NCBI GenBank assembly: GCA_964234715.1
Contig: OZ174281.1
DNA: 64,000 nucleotides
Strand: one strand, 5' to 3'
Source: Podarcis melisellensis
Lineage: Eukaryota
Part shown: one piece after another, positions 37,256 through 48,763 of the stretch
How the letters are laid out: the number at the start of each line of letters is the position of its first letter
Numbering within the stretch: the first letter of the stretch is position 1
Made by a program: the position numbers and the translations under genes
The notes under the pieces: generated by a model
Told to the model about the DNA's origin: nothing
Seen by the model: the letters and a program-made list of their open reading frames with translations, nothing else
Database searches by the model: none

Positions 37256-39717
37256 TCAGCTAAACCAATAGGAATTGGAAGGATAAATATTTTCTGTGAG
37301 TTGCAGCCAATAGGTTTCCTTTCTTTGAATGTAAACTTGATAGTGATGATGGTTGGAGGAACTTCACTTACATGGAAAGCTCTTTTCAGTCTGTTGAATC
37401 TGCTGCTAGAAAACAGCTGCTTTATTTATTTCCTCTTACTACAAACTAAACTTTTTCAACCATCATGACCAAATTCCAATTTGGCCTTATTTTAGATCAT
37501 TTGTAGGATCTCTTCCCGACAGCTGCTTTCCAAAACCACTCCAGTAACATTTGTGACTGGCAGCAAGCAGGGGAGAATACCTGTTTCTTGCTTTTTGCTC
37601 CAGGAAACTTTACCTGATAGCCTGAATGGCACATGCGCCTTCCCTCTGATTCACACCGGCTGGCCTTGCTGCATATTTATGAAGAAGGCACACAGCATGT
37701 ACATGCAGCTAATGGAGGCCAAAGTCCGAGGAGCCAAGGAGCTGTACTTCCCATTGCCAGTTTAGATTTTCCACAACAGAAGTGTATTCTCCAAGAGTCC
37801 CTTCATTTCTCTTTCCCCAAATGTCATTAGTGAATTGTTTTGTTACAAAGCAACAGCAACACCAGATGTTTGTGATCTGCGTTGTCTCAGCACCCTACTA
37901 CACACTAGTGAATATTCCGTACTTAATCTTTCTTTTCTTTTTGAGCAGAATTTTATTTTGGCTCCGTTGAAGTTTTTATGCCCCACTCCCAAGCCTGATT
38001 TAGAAGCATCTATTAATACATTGACAGGCTGTGACATATCATAGCAATTTAGAGCTTTTTCATCTCTGCCTGTGAGTGCTGCTTTTAGTGTTTCTGAAGG
38101 CTTTTATTCACAATGCCATAGTTTCCCTGTTGGGTTGCTCTCTAAATGGGGTTGTCAAGCCAGCTATATCTGATATACTTTTCCCCCCAGGACTTGCACC
38201 TGTAAATCTTCATCAATTTACCTTTTTTTATATGTCCCTTTTAAAAAAAGGCTACCTTTGCATCCTGCAGACTGAGCCCTTGCAGTCATTCAATTACTTA
38301 CCTTAATAAATTTCTAGATTTTTAAAACCTGCTATGTTAAATGAGGGGTAGCCAACATGGTGCACTGCAGGCATTGGTCGACTGCACCAACAATCTATCT
38401 TGGCGGACATGAATAGTGATCATCATGGGATATGTGGTCCAACAAAGCAGAGGGCAGCACTTTGGCTACCCCTATATTAAAGCTTCTGTCTTTCCACAAG
38501 ATTGCCTTTGTTTGTGTGAAGGATGTACACTCACTCCCACTAGTGCTTAAGTATTTCTCCATTTTTTCATTCTATGCAGCAAGGCCCTTCCACACTGCAG
38601 CTTCTACTCCCAACATCTGCATCCCATTTCTTTCACTGTAGACACTTTTTTTCATTGTAAGCCATTCGGTTTGGAGGTGTTTGGTGTTTCGTTTTCTTTT
38701 TTACATAGTGAAAGAGATTAAAGTTCCTACAAAATATTGTCAACCCGTAGCATTTCCTTCCCAGATAGTAAATATGTCTGGCAAGTAGAAGAACATAGAT
38801 TCTAGTTAATATTTATTATTGGTAATAGAATCACATTGTAGCATACAACTACGTACTCATCCTTTCTTGGAAAAGTAAGATTCCAAAGTGGTTACAAAAG
38901 TAAATAATTTCTGAGAAAATGTTATATGTGTTGTTTGGTTACTGGATAAACTGCCCCTTAAGCATCATGAATGAGTTTACTTCAGAACATTGAAACTATT
39001 CTATGCGCTGTAGCATTTTGATCTCATGCCTTTTTATGTGCCAATATATACTCTGAATCACAAATTCAGTCCAGCCTGACAGCTCTCTGGCAAACTTCAC
39101 AAGGTATTACCTCAGTTCCCCTCATTGAAGACTAAAGCATTTCAGTATTGGGAAAATCATCCACAGGCTAGTATTCCAGCCAAACTGGGGGCCACTGTGC
39201 ACACCTTATTGTTCAGTTGCCCAATGTTTATATAGTATCTGCTTGTGTTTTGCATTGTCAAATCAGCTACTAATCAAATTACTGTGTTAGGAAATTTTTG
39301 TGGTATTTGGCAGCAGCCGAGGGTAATATATTATGAAGATCATAAATCACTAGCCATTTTATATATCAGCATTACAAGTAAACTTATATGTAAGATACAT
39401 AACTGAATATTTAGGAAACACAGCCAGGAGGAAAAATAAGGCCTCTTGCTGAAACTCTGCCATTGAAATGCTTGGTGACTTTTAGCACTTTGCTTCATAT
39501 TTCGGTCTGATTAATATATCTGATTGGAAATGCAATAGGTTACTTAAATGATGACCTTGGCTCTCCTACTGCACAGTTGCAGCTGACATAAGCTTTCCAT
39601 TTAATAATGGTGGGTGCTGAACTATAGAGAGGTAACCATGCTGGATAAATTAACACAAGTACAAAGGTACAACCTTGTGCATGCGTTGCAACCAAGTCGT
39701 GGAGGTGAATGCCTAAA

Positions 39718-39835
39718 GGAAGAAGAAGAAGAGGAGGAGGAGTAGTTTGGATTTGATATCCTGCTTTATCACTACCCTAAGGAGTCTCAAAGCAGCTAAC
39801 AATCTACTACTCCTTCCTCCCCCACAACAAACACT
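39718..39835 (-). mobile_element. SINE 3' end (Squam2/CORE-like, lacertid-type tail)
   Basis: (AAG)n, TTTGGATTTGATATCCTGCTTTATCACTACCC.AAGGAGTCTCAAAGC.GCTAACAATCT..CCCCCACAACAAACAC. Confidence 0.65.
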
Positions 39836-40121
39836 TAAAGGAGGTGTTTTGGATAGAAAAAACCCCCACATGTCCATAATGAATGCCAAGATACAGTGAG
39901 CTGGATTCAACGAACCCATTCTGATAGTGGAAGCAAGAGCTATGATTCCTGCTAACACCACAGGGCTCTCTCTCTCCTTTACCTGTGTGCCCCTGTGCCT
40001 CCACTAAATCCACTCTGGAGGGCTGGGAGTTACTGTACATTGAATTCCTCCAAGTTTATTGATCTGAATCCTTCTTCAAGAGCAACCCAGCACATCCAGC
40101 TCTAGCATAAGGCCCTGTTCA

Positions 40122-40343
40122 CAGGGCTGGCACATCCCGTTTCACCACCTGAGGTGAAATGAGAAGTGCTGCCCTGCTGCCACTGCTCTGCCATTGAGAA
40201 CTTGCCAGAAATTGGCGCTAATTCTGGCTCCATTTCTCTGACATTGGTGGCAGTGGCAGGGTGGGTGGGGTGCTCATGGAGGTGCCACTTCAGGGGTTCC
40301 CACCGCCTGAGGCAACTGTTTCACCCCACCTCATGGGTGGACC
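40122..40343. mobile_element. Degraded hAT MITE
   Basis: CAGGGCTGGC start; CCACCTGAGG/CCGCCTGAGGC subterminal motifs; degenerate end. Confidence 0.5.
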
Positions 40344-40560
40344 TCTTACATGCATATAGCTGATCTGTGGACTCAGATTCCAACTGAACTTCAACAAGCA
40401 CCCAAGCACTAGGCAGCTGTTGATAAATTATCTAAGAGAGCTTTCCCCGAAGAGTGACTCAGCCATTTTATATTGTATGCTATATAGAATTTTGTAATTT
40501 GATGCTTCGAATATTTTTTTAGATTGTTATGTATATTTCATTTTTATTATATATGTTGTA

Positions 40561-40786
40561 CAGTGGTACCTCGGGTTACATACGCTTCAGGTTACAGACT
40601 CCGCTAACCCAGAAATAGTGCTTCAGGTTAAGAACTTTGCTTCAGGATAAGAACAGAAATCGTGCTCCGGCGGTGCAGCGGCAGGAGGAGGCCCCATTAG
40701 CTAAAGTGGTGCTTCAGGTTAAGAACAGTTTCAGGTTAAGAACAGACCTCCAGAATGAATTAAGTACTTAACCCGAGGTACCACTG
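40561..40786. mobile_element. Tigger-like MITE, 'GGTTACA/GGTTAAG' family
   Basis: TA|CAGTGGTACCTCGGGTT...AACCCGAGGTACCACTG|TA. Confidence 0.95.
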
Positions 40787-42540
40787 TATATAAATAGTTC
40801 GCTTGTATACCACTTTGAAAACATATGTTGGGAAGCAGTTTATAAATCCTGAAATAAATGTAGTGCATCCTAGACGGAGGATTCTTGTTTGGTTCGAGGA
40901 AAGCACTTCTTTCCTCTTCTATGCTATGCCCCCCTTCTCTGTTGTTCAATCATAGAAATGTAACTCAGTTAAATTGTAGGCTGGGCAATTCGGGGAGTTA
41001 TCACCTGTTCTATGTGTCTGTGCTTCTGCGGCAATGGTTCCTTCTAACGCAAATCTGGCTGGCTGGACAGTGATGTATGCACAGTGACCAGATGCAATTC
41101 AGGCCAAGGCTGCAGAAGAGGGAATTTCAGCAAGTTCACCTCTGTTGATGGCAGCATTGTAATCTGCACCTGTATATTCCTTCTTTTACAAAACTCTCAA
41201 AGGTAAAAGGTCAACACTGGTCACAGTACCCGCTGGTGAACACATGATCCAAAGGAAAGTGGGGGGAGAAATGGAGAATCAGTGGAGGCTTGGGAAGCTG
41301 GTTGCAGAAATTTAGGCTGTAAGTTGCCTATAGAATCTCTAAGATTTTTTTTGTTGTTGTTAAAAAGAAAAAGTGCAGCGTTGGCTAACGTACATTGAAA
41401 AAGCAATAAACACCCGCAGACTTAAAAGGGGAGGAAATTTCTATGTTTTAGCATAAACCTCTCCTGAGAACTATTATTTTGTTTACTTGAAATCTCTGAC
41501 AAGCAGGAAAGATTTATTGTGTGGGTTTTTACACAACTCCCCCTTCCCTTTAAAATAAAAAAAAGATAGGTGAGGAAGAGGGACAGGTCATCCAAACTGG
41601 CCTCTATGCACTTCCCAATGATTTAGCTCTAAAAGACTCCAGCAGCCACCAAAACCTTTCGCCACCTCGCACTGGTTCTGCTGCTCATGACAGATGCTCT
41701 AATTGTGCTCTCAGAAAGCTCGCCTGCATCCCAGAAGGAGCTAGTTAAACACAGGTTCTTGCTGGAGGCTGACAGCCGATGGGCTCCCCCTAGGGGTAGA
41801 TGGGTCTCAGCGGAGCGAAGGAGCTGGGGCACGTTGCCAGGAAACAAGCCCCACAGCCTCTTCTGACAGGAAAACACAAGGAGCAATGAAGAGCAGTTCT
41901 TTGCAGGCGGGTGGGGAGGGGGGGAGGGGTCTTTTGTTAGGCTTTCGTAGCTTCTTGCCAGCATTACCTCAGCTCAGTATATCCCGATTATTATTTTTCT
42001 GGCACTCTGTTTACTGGAATGCTGTGAACTGCAGGGCCAAGTTCTCACACTGCCGAGCAACCTTTCGGAAGCTGTTTTTCATTATTTGTCCCCCTTCTTT
42101 GCTGAAATAAGATTCTGCTGCTGCTGTTTTGAGAAGCTCGGAGTTGTTTGATGCTGCGTTCATGAGAAACTGAAGGGGACCTCTGTCCTCACCATTTGCA
42201 CAAGAATGGGAAAGCGGAATCCCCAAAGCAGTTGCAGCCCCTTCCCAGTTCACTTTCCACACAGGAACTCCTGTTCATTAGGCTTTGGGCCCAGCTTCCA
42301 TTTCTAACAATGAAACGTGACAATTAAGAGAGTGATTCCTAAAAGCATTTCCATGCATGGTCCTGCCTCCAACTGTCTTATAATCTGTGAAACTGACATT
42401 GACCAGGATACTTTTCTGTGTTACCAATGCCTCTTTTCCAGAGGGCCCCAACCTCATTCTTATATAACCCCAACTTCCCATCTGGGAGTCCACTGCCCCA
42501 CCCCCACAGAGCCCCAGAGCCTCCTTCTCCTTATCTTATA

Positions 42541-42751
42541 CAGTGGTACATTGAGTTACAAACGCCTCAGGTTACAAACACTTCAGATTACAAACTCCGC
42601 TAACCTGGAAGAATTACCTCAAGTTGAGAACTTTGCCCCAGGATGAGAACAGAAGAGGCCCCATTAGCAAAAGCACACCTCTAGTTAAGAACAATTTCAG
42701 ATTAAGAACGGGCCTCCGGAACAAATTAAGTTTGAACTAGCGGTACCACTG
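42541..42751. mobile_element. Tigger-like MITE, same family, diverged
   Basis: TA|CAGTGGTAC...GGTACCACTG|TA. Confidence 0.88.
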
Positions 42752-42964
42752 TACTGTGAAGTGTTGGTAATTGGGCTGAATAAGTGCGCAATGAATGAAT
42801 AAATACCCACTGAAAGTTATGGGTGGCATCCAAGTGCCTCATACTCTGAGTAGACCCGTTGAAATCAATGGGTCTTTTTTAGTCATTATTAGCATATGTG
42901 TATGTTCTCAGTATCCTCACTGTTTATTTGTATACCACATTCCCATAGCAAACCATGTTCAGAT

Positions 42965-43113
42965 GACTCGCCTTCCTTGGAGGTTTCAAAGTAGAGGTTG
43001 AATGGCCATCTGCCATGGATACTTTAGTTGAGGTTTCTGCATTGCAGGGGGTTGGACCAGATGACCAAGGGGTCCCTTCCAGCTCTACAGTTCTATGCTT
43101 CTATGCTTCTATG
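42965..43113 (+). mobile_element. CR1 LINE 3' end
   Basis: CCTTCCTTGGAGGTTT..AGAGGTTGAATGGCCATCTG..GGGGGTTGGACCAGATGACC..GGGTCCCTTCCA..(TTCTATGC)n tail. Confidence 0.9.
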
Positions 43114-43279
43114 TTTGGAACACCCAATTAAAATTAATTCTGAGTAGAAATGTATAGGATAGACAATCCTATACATCTGGTGATCTTATGTTTAAAAAGA
43201 AAGACAAAAAAACCAGCAAATTTTGTTAGTAATTGTTATGCGAAACAATTTTTTGAATGTTAAAAATTCATCCACTGTA

Positions 43280-43505
43280 CAGTGGTACTTCGGGTTACAT
43301 ACGCTTCAGGTTACAGACTCCGCTAACCCAGAAATAGTGCTTCAGGTTAAGAACTTTCCTTCAGGATGAGAACAGAAATCGGGCTCCGGCGGCGCAACGG
43401 CAGCAGGAGGCCCCATTAGCTAAAGTGGTGCTTCAGGTTAAGAACAGTTTCAGGTTAAGTATGGACCTCCGGAACGAATTAAGTACTTAACCCGAGGTAC
43501 CACTG
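43280..43505. mobile_element. Tigger-like MITE, same family
   Basis: TA|CAGTGGTACTTCGGGTT...AACCCGAGGTACCACTG|TA. Confidence 0.95.
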
Positions 43506-43513
43506 TACTCTTC

Positions 43514-43977
43514 CAGTGGAGGAGCGCTAATTTAAATGTTTTGAAGAAAAGCTTTTTATAAAATTCCAGACACGAAGATGTCATATGCCTGCGCTGCCCA
43601 AGGCAGGTGTGCTTCTGAGGTGCGTGGGGTGTGGAGGGTGCTCTCTCAGGTGCGGGAAAGCCACTTGGGCGCACGGAGCAGTGTGAGCGCCCTGTAGCTG
43701 GAGGCAGAGTGAGTCACCCATGGGAGTGGAGCGAGTAGTCAATGGTGGACATTTGGCATGCCACCTGCCCATGACTCCCAAGCCTCCCACAAGCTGTCAA
43801 AATGAAGTGGGAAGGGGGGAATGCCCCCGGCAAAGTGGTGCAGCTCCCTCCCTTCCCCCGATGGCTTAGGGTAGGCTTGGGAGTCGTGGGTGGACAGTGT
43901 GCCGAATGTAACCCCCCTCAGTGAATACACCCAGGGCGCTCCACCCCACGTCCACCTCCCCCCTTCTTCCGCCCCTA
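43514..43977. mobile_element. Probable hAT non-autonomous element with GC-rich interior
   Basis: CAGTGGAGGAG start; GT.ACCCCCC..CACCCAGGGCG..CCCCTTCTTCCGCCCCT end. Confidence 0.45.
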
Positions 43978-44825
43978 GTTATATGAAGATATAAAACCAT
44001 GGTTGTGCTTCTACATGAAAACCAAATTAGCATTTCTCAACTGGGTTGGTTCTTATTTAGTTCTGGAAAGACTGTGCGCGCACACGCACGCACACCCCCC
44101 CGCTTCTTCAGTATGCATCTACCTAGATTTTAATAAAGTGTAAACCTTAACACAGGTGTATCTACATACACACACACTGTAGGTAGACACTGAGTAGCCT
44201 TTGCATGGCAACTCAGAATATGTATCACTGAGTTAAACAGGGATTTATCTCATGTAAGCGTGCATAGGATAATAACCTGAGATACAGATTCACCCGTCAT
44301 CTGCATAAGCCCATAATCGTGCCGTGCTGTTGAGTGTAGCCCTTAATTTTACTCATCCAGCTCACTATTAAACTTGTTATTAAAAGAAGCATTGTGTTAC
44401 CTCTTCCTGCTCACTGGCGACGGATAGCAGCCAGAGTGCAGTGCCAACACAGCCTACTCTAGTGGAGAGTGACACTTGCGCATCGCTTTTCAGCAGCCAA
44501 GCTTCCTAAACACCTGCTCGTTTTTGCTGCCCTTCTGGTTGTAGGCTAAAAAGAGCGCAGGACAGAGCAAGAGAAAGGCCTAGCATAAGGCGGAAAATAA
44601 TTATTATTGCTTGCCAAATTATGACCATGATGACGATGGGCAGGCGAGCTCTAAGTCGTTGACCTGAGGCGATGCAATGTGTCATGCAAAAGGAGAGGCA
44701 GCCCAGGGACAGTGGAAGCCCAAGGCATCAGTTTGTAATGGCTGTGAGGTCCAAATGCCAAAAGGTTCCTCTGCACCCCGTTTTTCTCTAGAGAGCAGTA
44801 CTGATGCTCTTATAACCACTTGGAC

Positions 44826-44881
<56 letters not shown>
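44826..44881. repeat. (AAT)n microsatellite
   Basis: Seen directly. Confidence 0.95.
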
Positions 44882-45494
44882 TCACATTTTCAACATCTAA
44901 CCTAAGGCATTTGATCAAACAAAACAGAACAGCAAAAACTGAATGTAATCCAGAGCTTTCAAAACACCTGCGAATTAGTCAGTGGAAAATTCTCCTCATC
45001 TTCGCAAGCGCAGATGAGTTGAACCTTCTGGGCATTTCAGCAGTTAACCATCTGTACACATAACCTCTTTCTCTCTCCTGGTACACAGAAATCTTGCAGG
45101 GAGGTGCAAAATCCAATCAGTGAGATAAGGAAATATATTTACACCAGCTACACCTGTTATAGAATTTATAGCCTATACTGTACATTTTATATCATTCTCG
45201 CTCAAATATATATTCACAGAATATATTTAGAATGGACATTATATGTTTCTTACCAATATATCTGCCCTAAACTTGTAATATCCATTGACTGATTTGTGAA
45301 TTTTTTATAATCAAAATTGCTTTTAAGGAAATATATTTATCTTATATACGTAGATATTGTTATGCTATAGGACAGGGCCAAAGTCCCCCCCCCAAGTCAT
45401 AATTAAAAGCTTTAAAACAATTTTTAAAAAAGTAGCCAGCTGACATAGTAAATAAGACACAGGAAACTGCCATATACAGAATCAGGCCATTTGT

Positions 45495-45631
45495 CCAAGG
45501 AGATAAGTTACTATACAACCTTTAGCAGACATCTGAAGGCAGCCCTGTACAGGGAAGTTTTTAAATGTTTAATGTTTTATTATGTTTTATATGCGTTGGA
45601 AGCTGCCCAGAGAAATGTTGGAGGGTATGCA
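45495..45631 (+). mobile_element. L2 3' fragment joined to a hAT-like right end
   Basis: AGACATCTGAAGGCAGCCCTGTACAGGGAAGTTTTT..GGAAGCTGCCCAGAG then AGAAATGTTGGAGGGTATG. Confidence 0.7.
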
Positions 45632-46761
45632 TTGCCTGGGCAGTTTTTGTGGGACAGGGGAGGGGAGACGACCTCTCTGGATACTGTCCTTTTTGGTCCT
45701 TTTTGGAGGATACTGAGGGAGAAGGAAGTGCTGGTGTCATTCTGCGTTCTCCGCCTTGGCAGAGAAGTGCCATGTCTGTTTGCCTTGTCCTTGCTTTTAC
45801 GCCCATAGAATAAACCCACTACTGCTCCAGCATAGTGCTTAATAAGTGTTGGCCATAGAAGCTTGAAAGAAGCTGGACTGAATTTAGAAACTAGCAATCT
45901 GGAATCGCGTTCATGCCCTGTTTCCTGCCTGCCAGTCATTCGACCCTAGCACTTATTTAACATGTCATCTGCTCATTGATGAGGACATCCACTTTGACTC
46001 TTAGCATAAATGACCATCGCAGACACACTCTTGTCAGCGGTTTCTTCTTCATAGCACTGGGCAAGCTGCTTGTTGCAGAAGCTGCCACATCTGATCAGCC
46101 TCCCGAGTAAAGGATTTCTGGATACCTCTCAATACGAATCAAGGAGCTGACATTCATTTCAAAAGCAGTTCACTCTGAAAAGCATGCTCTTTCATCAGCG
46201 CCCACCTTTTTTCTTTTCTCTCTCCCCCCCATCCCGTTCTAGTCAACTATAAACAGATCAATTCACAGTTTGGTTTCTCTGATTGCCCTTTCCATCAAAT
46301 TAATGTTTCATCTTACTAATCTTTCAGTCCTTGCCCTCTGGTTTAGGCAGGCTGTGTCATGCATGGATTCCGTCCTGAAAACTGGTCTCTCATGCCTTAT
46401 CACATGGGCAGATGCCCTGGGAGACCTTGAAGTAAAGGACACAACGGTTGAGGCAGGCTGATTTCTAATCTGCCACAATATCTGAGACCACATTCCACAA
46501 GACCCATGGAGAATGAAAGCATTGTGTCAGCAAGAGTTTGAGAATGAATATTTTATATGCAACTATACATAACATGTCAGCTTTGTACTCAAAAATCCAA
46601 TTTTAGATACATAAGATATTGGGAGATAAGCACACAAATGACTGCCAGCTTCGAAGGCACATTAAATTTAAGACAAACCACCACCTCAAGCCTGCATAGA
46701 AACCAAAGCTACTTGATACTGGAGTTCTTTTCCTCATCTCTCACCATCACTGCATATCAAT

Positions 46762-47155
46762 GGTAAAAGGTAAAAGTAAAAGGTAAAGGACCCCTGGACG
46801 GTTAAGTCCAGTCAAAGGCGATTATGGGGTGCAGCACTCATCTCGCTTTCAGGACAAGGGAGCTGGCATTTGTCCACAGAAAGCTTTCCAGGTCATGTGG
46901 CCATCATGACTAAACTGCTTCTGGCACAACGGGACATCATTACAAGTGCCAGAGTGCATGGAAGTACCATTTACATTCCTGCCACAGCGATACCTATTTA
47001 TCTACTCGCACTGGTGTGCTTTCGAACTGCTAGGTTGGCAGAAGCTGGAACAGAGGAACGGGAGCTCATCCCGTCAAGCAGATTCAAACCACCAACCTTC
47101 TGATCGACAAGCCCAAGAGGCGCAATGGTTTAGACCACAGTGTCACCCATGTCCC
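46762..47155 (-). mobile_element. Sauria SINE, full length, diverged
   Basis: (GGTAAA)n tail, CCTATTTATCTACT, TTCGAACTGCTAGGTTGGCAG, GACCACAGTGTCACCCATGTCCC head. Confidence 0.9.
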
Positions 47156-47181
47156 AATACATTTGCTGGCTCTGTGCTGCA

Positions 47182-47226
47182 CTCTCTCTCTCTCCTTACA
47201 CACACACACACACACATATATATATA

Positions 47227-47260
<34 letters not shown>
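47182..47260. repeat. Compound (CT)n(CA)n(TA)n(TG)n(TA)n microsatellite
   Basis: Seen directly; abuts the Penelope-like palindrome. Confidence 0.9.
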
Positions 47261-47261
<1 letters not shown>

Positions 47262-47309
47262 GCAGGTTTTGGTGTCCTTGGGTGTCTTCCCGTGTAAAAG
47301 TTGGGGTGT

Positions 47310-47354
47310 CTAGGCGACGTTTCGACGAGGTCTCACTCGTCATCTTCAGGCTGG
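47310..47354 (-). ncRNA. Minimal hammerhead ribozyme (PLE type)
   Basis: Reverse complement CCAGC-CTGAAGA-T-GACGAG-TGAGAC-CTCGTC-GAAA-CGTC-GCCTAG. Confidence 0.78.
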
Positions 47355-47635
47355 TGCTTTCGGCTTCTTGTTACTGGAACAGAGCAGGATCTCAGTGTTT
47401 GAGTTCCTATAAATACTGTTGAGGGGGTGTGGTGTATAGCCTCCAATGTTCTGGGCAGAGAGGAAGTTCCCAGGCTAGTGTGCCTGGGAACTTCCTCTCT
47501 GCCCAGGCACACTAGCCTGGGAACTTCCTCTCTGCCCAGAACATTGGAGGCTATACACCACACCCCCTCAACAGTATTTATAGGAACTCAAACACTGAGA
47601 TCCTGCTCTGTTCCAGTAACAAGAAGCCGAAAGCA

Positions 47636-47680
47636 CCAGCCTGAAGATGACGAGTGAGACCTCGTCGAAACGTCGCCTAG
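47636..47680 (+). ncRNA. Minimal hammerhead ribozyme (PLE type)
   Basis: CUGAAGA core 47641-47647; stem II GACGAG/CTCGTC with 6-nt loop; GAAA 47667-47670; palindromic ACGT in place of stem III; GUC cleavage triplet ending 47674. Confidence 0.78.
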
Positions 47681-47738
47681 ACACCCCAACTTTTACACGG
47701 GAAGACACCCGAGGACACCAAAACCTGCATTCCTGTAC

Positions 47739-47906
47739 NNNNNNNNNNNNNNNNNNNNNNNNNNNNNNNNNNNNNNNNNNNNNNNNNNNNNNNNNNNNNN
47801 NNNNNNNNNNNNNNNNNNNNNNNNNNNNNNNNNNNNNNNNNNNNNNNNNNNNNNNNNNNNNNNNNNNNNNNNNNNNNNNNNNNNNNNNNNNNNNNNNNNN
47901 NNNNNN
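47739..47906. other. Assembly gap (168 N)
   Basis: Run of N. Confidence 1.
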
Positions 47907-48150
47907 CCTACTTGAAACCCTTGATAGGGCATTATACATTAGGGCAAGCAAAGGCACTTAAAATGCAATGGGGGGGGGGGACTTGCAAGCAAATCACTGC
48001 TGTGAAACAGCACTTTGCAAATGATTGCTTCTTTTGTTCTGTATACATTACAATCTGGTAATCTCAAAATCATTCTGCAAAGCTAGTAGAATCAGAAGAT
48101 ATCTGTCCGCAGTGGTTGAGACACAGCAATCCCTTCCATAGTGGCAGACA

Positions 48151-48288
48151 CAGACCCTCCAAGTGTCCCTATTTTCCAGGGACAGTCCTGGATTTACAGA
48201 AGCTGTCCCAGTTTCAGATTTGATCATGGAATGTCCCACTTTTCCTTAGGACAGCCCTATTTTCATCAGAGAAATGTTGGAGGGTATG
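48151..48288. mobile_element. hAT-like MITE with 6-bp TSD
   Basis: TIR CAGACCCTCCAA / TTGGAGGGTATG; flanks CAGACA (48145-48150, 48289-48294); GTCCC subterminal repeats. Confidence 0.85.
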
Positions 48289-48297
48289 CAGACACTC

Positions 48298-48336
<39 letters not shown>

Positions 48337-48482
48337 TTATTATTTGTACCCCACCCATCTGGCTGGGTTTCCGCAGCCACTCTGGGCAGCTTCCACAAAA
48401 ACCAAAAATACACTAAAATGTTACACATTAAAAACTTCCCTGAACAGGGCTGCCTTAAGATGTGTTCTGAATGTCAGGTAGT
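48298..48482 (-). mobile_element. L2 3' tail (antisense) with (AAT)n
   Basis: CCCATCTGGCTGGGTTTCC..CACATTAAAAACTTCCCTGAACAGGGCTGCCTT. Confidence 0.85.
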
Positions 48483-48763
48483 TATGCCCCAACTATTGCT
48501 AATATATACTATTTGTTTATCTAAATTACTTATAACCTCCTCATCATTGTCCACAATTCAATCCCAGAGCAAGAATCAACATTAAAGTTTTCACATTTGC
48601 TATTTTGGGGAAAAGGGGGATTCTTTAACATCCACACCCACTTATTGTGTGGTAGTATTTAGAGAAAATAAAATCTAGGAACTACCTGAACAAACCCATC
48701 ACAGGATAGATGCATCATAGTTACTAAGAAAAAAAGGAAGGACAAACTATGGAGGCTCTAAGC

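Larger units (their letters stand above)
47260..47738. mobile_element. Penelope-like element pseudo-LTRs in inverted (palindromic) arrangement
   Basis: 229-bp arms 47260-47488 and 47502-47730 with one mismatch; each arm carries a hammerhead core and the tail AACTTTTACACGGGAAGACACCC..CAAAACCTGCAT; microsatellite-adjacent. Confidence 0.8.

Noticed and set aside
43272-43285. CCACTG-TA-CAGTGG palindrome at a MITE junction
   Set aside because: Only 6 bp of TIR-like flank; chance cannot be excluded
47333-47657. Near-identical 76-aa ORFs on opposite strands
   Set aside because: Consequence of the palindrome; no coding evidence
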